A stretch of 61,667 bases of DNA, filler included, from Choristocarpus tenellus KU-1152 (lineage: Eukaryota > Protista > Phaeophyceae): NCBI GenBank assembly GCA_964200185.2. It is 5 parts of 5 records of this genome, joined end to end, with 100 filler letters (N's around TTAATTAATTAA, not from the genome) between each part and the next. Parts side by side here need not be neighbours in the genome. Positions count along the whole stretch, not along the records: positions 1 to 20,111 come from CAXNAD020000417.1; positions 20,212 to 47,248 come from CAXNAD020000157.1; 3 more parts are not named here. One strand, given 5' to 3'. Below are positions 13,932-27,400 of this stretch, one piece after another. The translations under genes and the position numbers were made by a program. The number at the start of each line of letters is the position of its first letter. Within the stretch, counting starts at the first letter, position 1. The notes below the pieces were generated by a model, which saw nothing but the letters and a program-made list of their open reading frames with translations, had not been told where the DNA came from and made no database searches.

Positions 13932-16056
13932 TGTCTATTATTTGATATCCTGATCACCAATAACTCGCCTTGCATCACCTCGAAATTAATCAAGATGAGC
14001 CGACTTTGATGGCTTCGTTCGTGCAAGCACGATCTGCGAGAGGCTTTCGGAGCTGAACCTTCACACGCAGCTCACTATAACATATAGTGTCGACGCAGAA
14101 CTCGGCACAATGGTTGCGGAAGCACCTCTGTCGAAGGACGTGCTGGATGTAATTTAATAGGCAACAGGGCATCCAGTGCGACGGGTTAGCAAGGATGTAC
14201 CAAATTTTAAGTCTCACCGTAGGTCCCTTCAGAGGGAGCAAGTTCAGGACTTGTCAAGCACAATGGCAGGTACCAGCGCATAAGCATGGCAGTGGTCTGC
14301 GTTTGTATGTGAGGTGTGAAGTGAACAATAGGCTTCTTCGGAGTGTTTTGAAGACTGACTGGCTGGCTGCTGTCTGATGATCTTTTACAATAACAATGAA
14401 GAGCCTGCAGGGTACACACACAGGGGATGAGACATGAAGGGTCACGATACTTCTTCTCCTGTGAAAAAAACTCATCCTGTGAGAGGAGGAACAGGTTTCC
14501 AAGCCATATAATGGACGACGGATGGACAGACGAATGTCAGAGTAACTTGATTTTATTGAGGAAAATCGCCCCTCTCCCCCATCGCATCACAACAACCAAC
14601 TCCAACCTATCTAATAATCTTAGGAGTGATCGCAGGGTGGCATCAAGCTTTATTTCGACGAAAAATTCGGAGGCGACTGCCCACACTATATCCCTCTCAA
14701 TAATTTGGCTTAACTCCTTAACAAGTGTAATTTCTTCACTATTGTTCTGAACAGTTCAAAGGAAAAATTAAGAAACGGATAATAAATAAAGCAGGCATAT
14801 CTTGAGTCTAGACATAATAGTACTACCACAACACAAGTTGGAGGAGGTAAAAGGGAAAAGAAAAGGGAATGTTGAAATAGTCATAAATATCTGTCAATTT
14901 ACTCTCACCCTCAGGAATAAATACAAATACAGTTGGTGGCCTCTTCTAAGGCGAACAAAAATATGGTTAATTTGTGAATAGGAGGACTTATTATAAAGGG
15001 TCGCCTATAATGGGACTTTCCACTGAAAATATCTTGTTCCATTGGAGTGGTTCTATTATGGAGATCACAGATGAGATGAAGAAAAAGAGATGGAATAGGT
15101 CAAATGGTGGTTCCATTTTCCCATATCCCATCGACCAACTGACCGTTATCATGTATATTTAATTGGGTTTTTGCTAAGAATGGTATTCTATTGAAAGAGT
15201 TTGAAATACAAGTTACAAGGTAGAAATATCGAAAATTATTAATTTTCAATACACTTACCATATGGTTACTAGACAAAAGAAGTGGTACTAGAATACCAAA
15301 TGCATACTATTTTGATTACAATTTATTTCCAGATGTGATGGGGTAAGAAGAATATGGAATAATATGTTTTTCATTTTCGCATGTTTTCACAACATATATA
15401 TTTTCCTTTGGAAGATCTAAATCCTTCGGAACTACTTATGAATATAAAAGTGGTTTTGCACAGCACGTTCTTCAATTCGATTTTGGTTACAATAAATTGT
15501 TCAAGAGCCTACCTTAACAGTGGATTGACCAAAGTGTACTACTACATCAAATCCTTTTGGTTCTAAGTTGGATGCATCATTATCGGAATAAACAAAACAT
15601 AGTTAAAACCCTAAACATATCCAACAAAAAAGAGTGTTTTGAAATCCCAGATCCTGACAGGATTATATATTTATTCCGCTTTTTTTGGACATCGAATAAT
15701 TGATTTCCACAATACCCAATTCTCCACCTATTGCTATCACCTTACAAGAAATTCCTACACAGTACCTACAAAAAATATCCGACGCCAAGTCTTAAACCTT
15801 CCTCATCAAGGAAGTAATAGTTGTTCCGCAACAGGATGACCCTCCGACTCCTCTTCCTGCTTTTCTCCTCTTCTTGCATTCGGCATCCAAATTCTCCCCG
15901 TTTCCCGACATCTAAATTCTCTCCTCTTCTTCAAACAGCCCACCAGTGATCTACTTAGAGCAGCGATTTTCTGTGTGAGCAGTTTCAGGTTAAGTGACAA
16001 CCTGTGGGAGGACTGAGCCTCCTGTATATTAAACCTTGTATCTCTAGTTTGTCGTG

Positions 16057-19000
16057 ATGGGTTTCACAAGGGTTGACTGCCTCGGACTGTTTGGACTCCT
16101 GCTTGGCTCAAACATGCCAACCTCCAGGTCGCAGGTAGAAGAACTACGGATCATGCTTCCCCTTTATGCTGAACCTACAAGTGAGTCTGTCGAGGCATCA
16201 CAATTAAAATCCTGTCGAATGATGCGAATAGCTGTCACCTACTGTCATGCAAATGAAAGAAGTCGTTGCTGAACGAGAGTATGCATATCCTATCCCTCTC
16301 CATTCCTGTTGGTACCGTATCATGTATCTGTCCCCCTATTTCCTTATGTGCAATCTGCACGAACCTCTTCGCGTGGTCATCATTTGTTCAGGTGACTATT
16401 GGTCAGGTGTGGTAGATGCTGTTGCCCAATTTCCGTCCTCCAGCATTACTACGATCATCAACCCTGCAAGTGGGCCTGGGGTTAATCAGAGTTTGGATTA
16501 TGTCAACGGGATGTCTAATCTCACTACTGCAGGAGCGGAGGTGAGTGGGATCCTTGTTAGATCCGTTGCTGGATTCCTCAAGCCTTGTATGTCTCTTCAT
16601 CATATGGGTATCGCATATACGTCCCGCTCCATGCAATAGCTAGACAACGCATGTAATCTGGGTTGAGGGTTTTTTGGTTTATGTGCTCAAGTTCTGTATC
16701 AACCTTCTCAACTACTTTGAGCTTCGATATACCCCAGTCGGGTGTCTATATGCATTCGCTGCTGCAACGAACGGTCACTGCCCAGCCTCCCGTTCGAAGA
16801 GTGCTGTCTCACCACCAGTACATCTACAGGAGTTTATTAAATAACGTGATGGGGGCTTTCAACATGATGGTGATCTAGATTGAGTAACAAGGAGAAGAAC
16901 TCTAAAGCTGTAGGAATGACAAAAAAATATATAGGATGTCCTCACCTAGGAAGTCAAGATACATGTTAAATTGTGAGACAAGGAATCGGAAATCAACTGG
17001 GTTGTTGACTTTTTTTAGCTGGGTGCTTCCTTCAGAAGGAACAATATAAAGCATATTATTTTTTCTCGCAATCCCACAACTCTTACTTGCATGCAACGGC
17101 CCAGGCCCTGATCCAGTATTTCAATTATCCTCCGCCTCCTTCTGATTTGTAGATTCTATGCTATGTGGCCACTGGATTCGGGACAAGAGAAGTTGTTGAT
17201 GTGGTGAATGATATCGACACGTATGAGGCCCTATACCCGGGAATGTGTGAGGGAATATTCTTGGATGAGGGGCCAACTGCAGCTGCCAACATTTCCAAAT
17301 GTATGTTCCCTTGCTGGGTCAGTAGCTGTGTATCATATGCGATGGACCAAGGGAGGTCGAATTATTGCGATCGAAGTTTTGTATGTGGATTTCATGACCG
17401 TTTCAAGAGTAACGATTGTAGGGTCATATGCTTTTGAAACAGTCTTGATACAAGACTATCTAGATGGAGACATCCGTGCAGAATGAAATATCAGAAGGAC
17501 TTCTTGCACCTGGTGGCGTGAAACTGCTCTACTTGAACTGAGCATCCTATACACATTCGTACTACGTTGTAAGTCCTCGACTTCTTCCTCTCTCCCTCAA
17601 CCTGGCCAGATGAGCAGTACTACGCTTATGTACAGACCATCATGCCCTTCAGCACAGTGGTTCTAAACCCTGGGAGAAAAACAGATGGATTGTTCTATAG
17701 CATTGGCAACGGAGTATCATCAAATGGTACATTGGCCAGGGAGATCGTCATCGTCTCGTAAGCTTCTACTTACCCCCTTGACCGTCCAGTACACGTCACT
17801 CTCCCTGCTAGCAGGGTTTTTTTTTGCAACAAGATATTATACCCTTGGCACTCTTCCCGTAACTGTACTACTATTTTCTAATGAGACTTATATCAGCTTG
17901 GTGTAGATATTGTAGCTGGTGCTGGAAACGTTGATAAATCGGAGGGTGAGGAAACATATTAAGGCCTTACACCTAACCAAGCTTCTACTTCTACCTCCCA
18001 CTCTTTTTCAGCGTCGACTAATTTCTGCAGTCGGTCATGATATTGTGATGACATTCTGATCTCATACATTATCCCTGGTCCAGTAATAAGGGATCAGATA
18101 TGTATTTCAAACCATTAGGTTGTCACAGAGGTCTGTAAGGTACAGAAGGCCTCCGCAGGAATTTATATAATTTCTGAAAGCAGAAAATACGTGGTCAGAT
18201 CAGGAAACTTTTGGATACCACCTGTGATCTTGCAATAAAGCAGCCTTTCCGTTTGTTTTTTCTGGTGGTTCCGGGTTGTTATGCAGGTGTGAGAGCTCAT
18301 ATGAACAGACGGAGATTTGTGCCCTACCTGTTGACTCTATAGGGATCCCATTCCCCTCTGACAACACTACCAACCGCTATCAGAACAGCTTGCTTATTCA
18401 TGGCGCCCAGTTCGACTCTCTAAATGAGGTGAGTGTGTAGGGGGGTTGAAGATTGTCTATTACTACTCTGGAGTACATACCAGTACATCTACAGTTCCAG
18501 GTTTGTTTTCATGCCATCATAGTTTATTTTATATTTTGGCTTGTTGTCAGCGGCAAGAGTGAAGACACTGGTAAGGTGATCTTCTCATTTACTGCAGATA
18601 GTAAATGAGAAGTAGGTTCCTGTGACAACGAAATGGGGAGTGGATAATGGGCACTGAGAACACGAACATGCAAAGCAGAATGTTTGGAATACTCTGCCCA
18701 ATTCGAAATATGTTGAACCAGATAATATCCACTCAGCTGTAAATATGGTCGATACTCATTCTTGCTGGGTACAGCCACTCAAAGCAAAAATCTATATTGC
18801 AATTTGTTCTACAAACTACATGAAACTGCACGTGAAACTGTTACTCAGTGTTAATGAATGTACGTGCGATTGTATCAGAGGAGAAGCACAGTTCAGTATG
18901 AAAAAATATATAATCCAAGATACCAACCTTCTCTACCATGAATGGCAGGTGAACTTATTATGGTTTTTCGAGTAGCATTGTGCGAAATCTTGGTGAAGAT

Positions 19001-19836
19001 ACAGTAAAACGGATACTGGATGTTACGAAACACTCCGAGAAGTATCCTGCAACATTTACAATTTACAGTATCTTCCCAGCACCCCAGTCTAATATCGTAG
19101 AGAGAATGGACACAAGGTCATTTACGGGAGTCCCACGCCATTATGAGGTCAGCATCAATCCGATCCTCGCTCCAGAGCTGTGACGTGTTGTCCTGACAGT
19201 CCTGAAAGAGTAGATTTCGCCAATTCAACAGAAACCTTACCACAAACATAATGTGACCCACAAGCATATGGACCCCATCGACTAAGGCTCACACTCCCAC
19301 ACAACACTACTGGAAGAGCTGAAGCATTGCTGGTACATCTTTTATAATCCAACACAAAGGCCCTTGATATCACCACATCCTTGCTTATCCGCACCTCAAT
19401 AACAGACAGAGATCTTCATAATAGCGGACCAAGCCTACTGTCTCAACTGGGGTTACATATATGTCACTGATGATACCCTTCCCAATCCTTGGGATGAGAG
19501 GCCGTCATACCTTCCAACTCTTATCCAAGCCGTCGAAGCTGCCCCCTTCATGAGCTGCCCTTCATTGAACCTGACCAATGCTCCCACCCCAAGCCCTGCA
19601 GTTACCCCAAGCATCGCCCCAATAGGTTTGCCCAGCAGAACCCCTGTGGCAATGCCGACCACAGCCCCAGTGCAACCACCAACTGAGCACCCGGTGCATC
19701 AAAAGATCCCCTCAGGTGTGTGGTTGCGATGCAAGGCTTGAATACATGTTTGATGTCTTCAAAAATATTAAAATTTATGTTCTGGTCTTTTCCGCCACAG
19801 TTTCTTCATTTGTAATAATGGCTTCTATTGTTAAGG
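16057..19836 (+). CDS. Secreted spherulin-4 / GH135 (Sph3-like) glycoside hydrolase with Pro/Thr-rich linker; 3' end probably cut by the contig end
   Basis: Exons 16057-16180, 16392-16540, 17153-17300, 17610-17757, 18287-18428, 19406-19715, and tentatively 19801-19836; all phase-consistent. Motifs: IMLPLYAEP, IINPASGPG, CYVATGFGTR..V..DIDTY, GIFLDE, VVLNPG, YIYVTDDTLPNPWDERPSY, followed by APTPSPAVTPSIAP. Confidence 0.88.
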
Positions 19837-19872
19837 GTAAACTGTGCTGGATAGGATATAGTAGGAGGGAGT

Positions 19873-20111
19873 GAAAGTATCTTAGAGGGTACGAGTTTTG
19901 CCTTGTTTGTCCATTTGGGGCTTGGCTTCTCATGAGTTCTTTAGTGACATTTTCCTACTCCAAATGTTTAGGAGTAGGTAAAGCGTGCATGTTAGGAAAA
20001 GGTGTGTCAGGAACATGGATATTGACACTTCCTAACAAAAGCGATAGCCAAAATTATATCATAATCGCAACATCCGACTTTGGCCCCCAAATGGACGCGG
20101 CTCTACCCTCT
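19873..20111 (-). mobile_element. MITE family 2 copy (runs into assembly gap)
   Basis: GAAAGTATCTTAGAGGGTA...GATATTGACACTT...GATAGCCAAAAT...ATCGCAACAT...GGACGCGGCTCTACCCTCT; reverse-complement homologue of 43854-44069 and 52000-52260. Confidence 0.8.
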
Positions 20112-20211
20112 NNNNNNNNNNNNNNNNNNNNNNNNNNNNNNNNNNNNNNNNNNNNTTAATTAATTAANNNNNNNNNNNNNNNNNNNNNNNNNNNNNNNNN
20201 NNNNNNNNNNN
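20112..20211. other. Artificial contig spacer (N44 + TTAATTAATTAA + N44)
   Basis: The identical 100-bp construct with a six-frame-stop linker recurs four times. Confidence 0.97.
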
Positions 20212-20318
20212 GGGGGGGATAGTTCGTGAGGGGGCGTCCGTTTTGGTCAAACTCTTTTTTTTGCTGATGTTTCAAATCCGACACATGCGACCAAATCACA
20301 CCAAAAAAGTATGAACTT
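20212..20318 (+). mobile_element. MITE family 1 variant, partial, at contig start
   Basis: GGGGCGTCCGTTTTGG...TTTCAAATCCGACACATGCGACCAAATCACACCAAAAAAGT; the reverse complement matches 58920-58967. Confidence 0.65.
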
Positions 20319-23300
20319 GATCTAACGCTTGGTCCTAACATGAAATTAATTAGTTCCAAGGTATTCAGTACTTTGTTATGTAAGGGTATCTTCCAGGACT
20401 TTGCATCAGACCAGTTGTGATGGAGCCAGGCTGCAAACTGGTTTGGAAGATATTTTTTTGTCAGGGTCAGGCCAGGGCCATAGCAATTTGACAGGACCAG
20501 GCTGTATCTGACTTGTAGCTGGGATACAATATGACATAATGTGATATTTATTGTGAAGGGTTTGATCAACCATTTATAGTTCTACTTGTTCTCACTTCTT
20601 AGAAAATAATTCCGTACATTGAAGCACAGAACAAAATGACTGGTACACTAACAAATCACACCAACACGCAAACACTTTTTTTTACCACATAAAATATAAA
20701 ATATTAATGTTGACAGGGTTATAACTCAGGAAGTATGTAATTTTACCTGAACTGAACTGAACCAGTGCAAAATTATTTCACAGGACCTGGCCATAGGTCG
20801 GTCTGGGTTATTTATCTTTTGATGGGTCCCGACTGAGTGTTTAGAAACTATCACAATACTGAGCCACGGTTTAACTAACTGCTGGTCCGATGTGAGGCCC
20901 TATCATACATATTTCTCTAAAATGATTATTCTACAAAAAACAGATCTTCCCCCAAAATACAACAGCTCTATTTGTCACTTTTTAGAGCTTTCCCATCAGG
21001 TAATCTTGCTTTGATAGGATTGGAATGTACCATTTTGTTTTTGTTTCTAACAACAATTTTTTTGAAAATTGATACTTCCCCGCTGTGGAAGATACTGTTG
21101 ATGTTAATGTTAATGTCAGGATAGAAAAGTCTTTATTAATAGGCTGGCACTCACGCATGTTGACTCAGCAGGTGGTGGCTGTGAGCACAATTGGATCGTC
21201 TGCGGTTCTTCAGTATTTCCAGCTGGTTACATCACTGGCCTCACTTCACATTGTATCGATGATTGATGTCATGATCAATGGGCGCTTTTTCCATGCCAGG
21301 TACAAATTATGTTTCAGTGTGAGGTTGGCATTTATGTACATGGCTGCAATACTCTAGTAAGGATCAATATATATATATTATATATCAATGTGATCTAGGT
21401 AGTTTTTCCAATCCGATCTATGTGAAGACATTGGACAAGGCATCAATGATTTTTAAGCGATGCAAGTGCTTGTGTAGGCTTTCTTATGTCAAGATATTGA
21501 GATGGGTAATGCCCTGGCCTATGATTTAGTAAAGATCTTAAAAAATCACATCATCTCACCAATAGTTCTGTGTAAGACTGGTGGCTAAGTGGTACAATGG
21601 TATCTCAATATTTTGAATTCACTTGTTACTAGTAGACTGATCAATTGATTGATTCTAAATCTTGACTTTGAAAGTTATCTGTTGTGACTCCTTCTTCCTC
21701 AGGTACAGAGCAGGAATGCGCCTCACCAGTGGGTTCAAAAGTGTGTGACCTGTTACATAGAGTCCAACAAGTTCATTCAACTGTTTTGCACCACCTTTCT
21801 TTGGGAGCCCTGTTTGTGCTTTATTTGTGTTTTCTTTCTGCATTGGGGGACAACCACTGTTGTGTGTACCTGCTTTATTTCGTATCTCTGCATTTATTTT
21901 TTGTTGTGCATATGAAACTATTGAGGTTCATACATGCAGGTAAACTTCCACTTCATTGTGGATACTCTATCCACACTGACAGGGCATCATATAGTTACCA
22001 TATTTCCTCCATTTCACAAGGGAGAACGAACTACTGGATTTTCCTGTAGCATTTGACCACATCTGGTTAATACATTACAATCCACAGGACTCGGTGCAAA
22101 ATGCTCAAACCCTGCACAAGGATCTCTTTTTACAATGTCCAGTACTTTGTGGTAACATTTTGGAGAACTGGACAAGACATGTGCTGGTGTTGGAAATCAG
22201 ATACTTCTAAATAACATGTTCACTGTAATTTGTGTTTGCACACTATACTACAGTTTTCCCCTTAATGCTATGCTAGTTTTTTGACAAATTGGAACGAAAT
22301 GTACTACAAGACTAATGCTTTCAGAATGTCCTATGTACATACAGTCTTCCACGCTTAGTATATATTTTTTCAAGTTACCAATATATTTATTATCATGTGG
22401 TGATTAAAAGCACCATGGGCCCTATCATCACAGTCATATCAATCACTATGTTACAAGTAATTAATTTCAGCTGACATTGAATTGCCACCACACCCAAACT
22501 ACTGATTATGAACTACTACTTCATGATACAAACTCGAGTATGCAGAGTACGAGATATGAGTGATTTGACATAAATCTGATATTTTTCATTTCTCCGTGCA
22601 AAAAAACGAATGGTGTATTGAACACAACATTTTGTGAGCACAGTGAGATTTCCTAGAAAAAGTTTCTAGGTCATTAATGAGACCTAGTGATTGTAGTCCA
22701 TTATATCCAAGGTGAACTCCAAAGGGGATTGAAAGATACTGAGTGTGAGAATGGTGACCAAGTATTTTTGGAATTATTTCTAAATTACAGAAATTCGTCG
22801 ACATACATATTACAGAGGAAACAGCAAATTTAGTGGAGAAGAACAGTAACATGTCTTTTCATCCCCAAGTGGCTATCTTTTTGGAAAGATTACAATTGTG
22901 TTCACTTTTTGAATAGAAGTTTTTTTGAAATTGGAACCTAATTTGTTGACCACTTGGCATCTAGAAAAACTTTCACAAAAAACCTGACTGGTACGATTTT
23001 GGTAGAGACTATTTTCTGATGGAACTTTAATGAAATACGTATATCCATCCACTTCCAGTCCAGCCTACCATCCTCATGCCATCATCAAATTTCTTCTGAG
23101 TCAGCAGTCACCACAAATATGAGGAAGCACTAGATAGGCATGTGTACAACACAGTTGGCCTCACCTTCCCAAATACATCTATATTATCCCTACCAAGTTT
23201 GTGGTGGTGGGCTCATTGATTATGGGGGTGGAAAATACTAATATGAGAGAACAGTGACAAGGTACTTTGGGACTATTTCTAAAATAAACTTAAAAGTGTA

Positions 23301-24444
23301 ACAAAGAGAAGAATTTAGTGGATGAAGAGATTTTTAAGAACTGAAACAGGTCTTTTCGTCCCTGAAAGCGGTCTCTTTGGAAAGGAGGTAATTGTGAGTC
23401 AAAGCAAACGAGATGTGCCCAGAGTAGTGTTTGAAGGGGGTACTGGCAAGCATGTCCAAAATTGGGGTTAATTTTACAAAAGGGTGTAGCATATTTTCCG
23501 AATTGTGTCGAAAACTTTTTAACCATAGAGCAATCAACCGTTTCAAGTAAAAACTGTACAATAATGCAAAACGACCAAAAACTAGATAGTTTTGTGTACT
23601 TATTCTCTGTGTTGAATAATGTAGCATTAATTTTTTGTGCATTTTTTTTTGGAGTATCAACATAATGGGGCTGGTACACAGTAAGTAGGACAAACCATAA
23701 GTGTTCTAATCAACCTTCAAATGCTAACACACACATTCATGCACACGGCACAGTGTGAGAAGGTCCCTTTCCAACAACCTCCCCACCAATTGAGGTGGAA
23801 TCATAGATGGTTGTAGGCTGCCCCAATTTGCATGAGATTTTGGTGGACAACCTTTCAATACACCCATAAAATAGATAAACATGTGAAAAAAAAACTTGCT
23901 TCCTAATCGGGTCTGTAAAAGTCTTGTACATTTAATTCCTTATGGAGGTACTAAATTTCATGTTCTATCACCGCTGGATCTTTGTGAAAACCGGAGTAAA
24001 ATGATGGAAAATGCACTGTTAAATATGTCAAATCAATGAAAAGATTCCTAGTTTGATGATTTCCCCTTGAGTACGAGATATGAAGATCAAGAGTGTACCT
24101 TTAGAAGTATCAGCAGGAAAGATATATTGAATGTACTCCAATGAGGGTGTAGAAGTCGTGACATCTAGTTTACTGCCACACAGAATAAAGGATAGCCCAT
24201 AACAAAGAACAGATGTTGGAATAACAAAAAATCTGTACAAATTGATCAATGCATAATAAACCAAGGAGCACAGGTGTACGCCATCTCAATGGTATCACTA
24301 GGATGCCCTAAGCTGAGTGTTGGCGTCTGGGCTTTCTGCTTCAATATGTCCAGATGGTTAAAAAATGACAATAGGTATCTTAAGTGAAAATGCACTTTGG
24401 TGTCTTGGCTAGGTGACTTGCAATTATCAAGGTGGATGATCTTA

Positions 24445-27400
24445 TCATCTACTCCCCCCCCCCCCACCACCGCCACTGCCGCTGCCACCACCACTTTGTT
24501 CTGGTGCACTTCCAGCGGAAAACATCCACGATAATGCCAGTGGAAGGAATATATACCACTGCATTAACAACAAAGAGGAGAATGAGAAAAAGGATGAGAT
24601 GAATTTTTGTTCCTTATGTAAGAAAATCAAACAAAAATTGACCTAATTGAAATGGAAAGGTCAAAATTTATCTTAAACCGATTGCAACAGAAGTCAAACA
24701 TCAACTAAAGTGAGCTATGTAAATAGTGGATAGAAGATCTTCCACAAGTGGAAGAGAAATGAATTGTACCACCTAACCATAATTTATTTCAACACAAATG
24801 GTATATATACAGTACATATAGCCATGTCCTACTGAGTAACAGAGTGAAATTACAACCACCTTTTGGAGGCATTGACTCTTTAGCTACTACAGTGTCATTT
24901 GTTGAGGGGGTAACAGGAACCCAGGTGAGCATTGATCAATGAGAAAACACATAATATCAACGCTATTGCACAAACAACTTACAAAATCAACAATTTGGGT
25001 TACTCATTTTTCATAAATGAGGAACGGATGCTGTCAGATTTTTTTTTGCTCTTGTTAAGTGATTTTCAATATATGATTTCAATATATAATTGACCAGTGA
25101 TCCAATGGTATGCTAGAATATCAGTGCTGCTTGACAGCACAGAAAAGATGAAGTAGTAGTAGCTGAAACATGGTTACTGAGGTGCATTCTTGGGATCAAA
25201 TGATTCATGCACACACCATGCATGTTTAGTGTGACCTTGAGGGAGAAGGTCAACTTCTCCACATCAAAGAAAGCATACTTTGAACCAACAGTCATGTTAG
25301 AGGTTTTAGAGGATGCTGTTCTCATAACCCAGTCTCAACATGGTACAGAGTCTTGGAAGGTCCAATCCACTGAACAAGTGATGATACTAGTTGAAACTGC
25401 AAGACATTTGTCACACAAAGTACTTGCTACTTGTGAGTGGATTGAAGGTGGGTCCTGTATAAAAAAGCTGTCACCTTAAAATCCACTCAAAAAATTGTAA
25501 TAATCCTAGTTCAAGCCTCATGCCGACATGCCAATGCACTAAAACCCAACGACACTACTCCTGCTTAAAATCAACACTGTAGATGCCCTCCCCAAAAAAT
25601 TAATCTCTTTTGTGCCATTGTTGTCAGCCCTTTTGGGAAATTGTGTCTATATGTGGGTTCCCAGTCATCAACTTTGCATGCCCAGATGGATATAGGGTAT
25701 GGACAGATGTGAACTTACAGCCAAAAGGAATGCTGGTTCCAGACAGGCTCAAGAAGTAAGAGTGTATGTAAATGGAGGTCAGGCATATTTGTAATGAAGT
25801 GTGTATGTATACCTGTCTTGAATGGCATGCACCCAAATCAGATACCCCACAAAACCCCGTACTCAAGGATTTAAATATCCATGTGACCTTAAATACTTGT
25901 CCAGAAATCTAGATTGTTCAGATTATTGCCAACATCCTAGACTTCCTCCTAACTAAGCATATGAAAAGTGTATGTACCTAAGTTGTTCCATTGCCAATGT
26001 TAATAGTGACTTAAATCCAACCACAAACACTTTCAGAACACTGATTTTTCTTACATATTTGACCACCAGACTTTGGTTGCCAGCACCCTTCTTTTGCTCT
26101 GCATTTTCTTTAAGATGTCCTAGTCCTGGTGGGGGATACGGCGCGTACACCTGCACAGGAATGCTGACAATGTACAAGATACTGTTAATAGGCAGTGCAT
26201 GTGGACTAGGGCACTTTGACTTGCTAATCAAACCTTCAAAAGGGCAGTAGCATGTAGGAATGGAAAAATAGCAGTGGTCCAACCAGGGGTGCCTGTTGCT
26301 TCATAGTAAGTTCATTTCCCTCCTATTGTCCAGAAATTCAACTTGAGAGGAACCTGGGATCCTGATCTGGTAAGTAATATTGTCTTACTAAGCTCCTAGA
26401 CGATTTGTCAGAAGGCACTTAGAAATGCACCTCACCTCTGAGCATCAGCTGCGTGCACCACCTTGACAGTACTGAGTACTTGAGCAGCGTCAGGCATCTG
26501 TTGTGAGAGAGGGGAGAAGCACTCTATTAGTGAGGAAGGTGGTCAAGCTAACATCAAGCAAGGCTTGGTCATGTGCATTCCTAATTGTTTATCAATTTGA
26601 GTCCTTGGTGTGGTCATAAAAAGAAGTCAAATTCCTGAACGTACTGCAAATTTGACCTACCGCCAACTTCTTGCAGTCTTTGGTGCTTGCCAATGGTCCA
26701 ATGGGAGCCTTGTAGTCCACCCTGATCATAGAGAAGAGAGAGTATCATGTTATCAGACAAGTATAATGCAGGGAAGTAATACCTTGATCCACAAAGTACA
26801 CAATTACACTGGAACATATCCGACATCCAGCATCAATCACAACATTTACACTGTCACTTGTAACTGTCAAGTCCATATCTGTTTTTAAACACAGCCATAG
26901 TTTTACACAACCATCTTCACACACTTCACATCAGGAGGTTCCTGCACTATCACCCCTAGGGAACGGAGGAAAATATACCTGATTTTCACAAATGGAAACT
27001 GACCAAGTTTGGGTATCCAGTGCAAAAAGAGGATATGCCCAGTCAAGGTTCCGGAGTCTCCTAAAGCCACATCACATACTTCTATTCAATGGGGCAACTC
27101 AAGCACACATTTACCTACACCATACGGAGATAAGAGACAGAATGCATCCAATAAACAAAATCACACTTGCAAAATTAAGGGAATAGCTCAGTGTAATGAG
27201 AGAGAGACCAATGCTGCAGGAAATTAGATGGTTTTTCCATGCACCTGTCCTTGGAAAGAAGCAAAATGTTTGGTAGAAGCACTATCCTATGGCTAATTAT
27301 TGTCACAATTTAAAGATCGACATCAACTTTGCAGAGTAAGAAAAGCAAACAGGAGTTTCTATCACTGAGCCAGTCAAAATGTTCAGTGTGAATTGCGAAA

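Noticed and set aside
21170-21748. Possible last exons of a plus-strand gene
   Set aside because: Short, phase not established, and no motif support.
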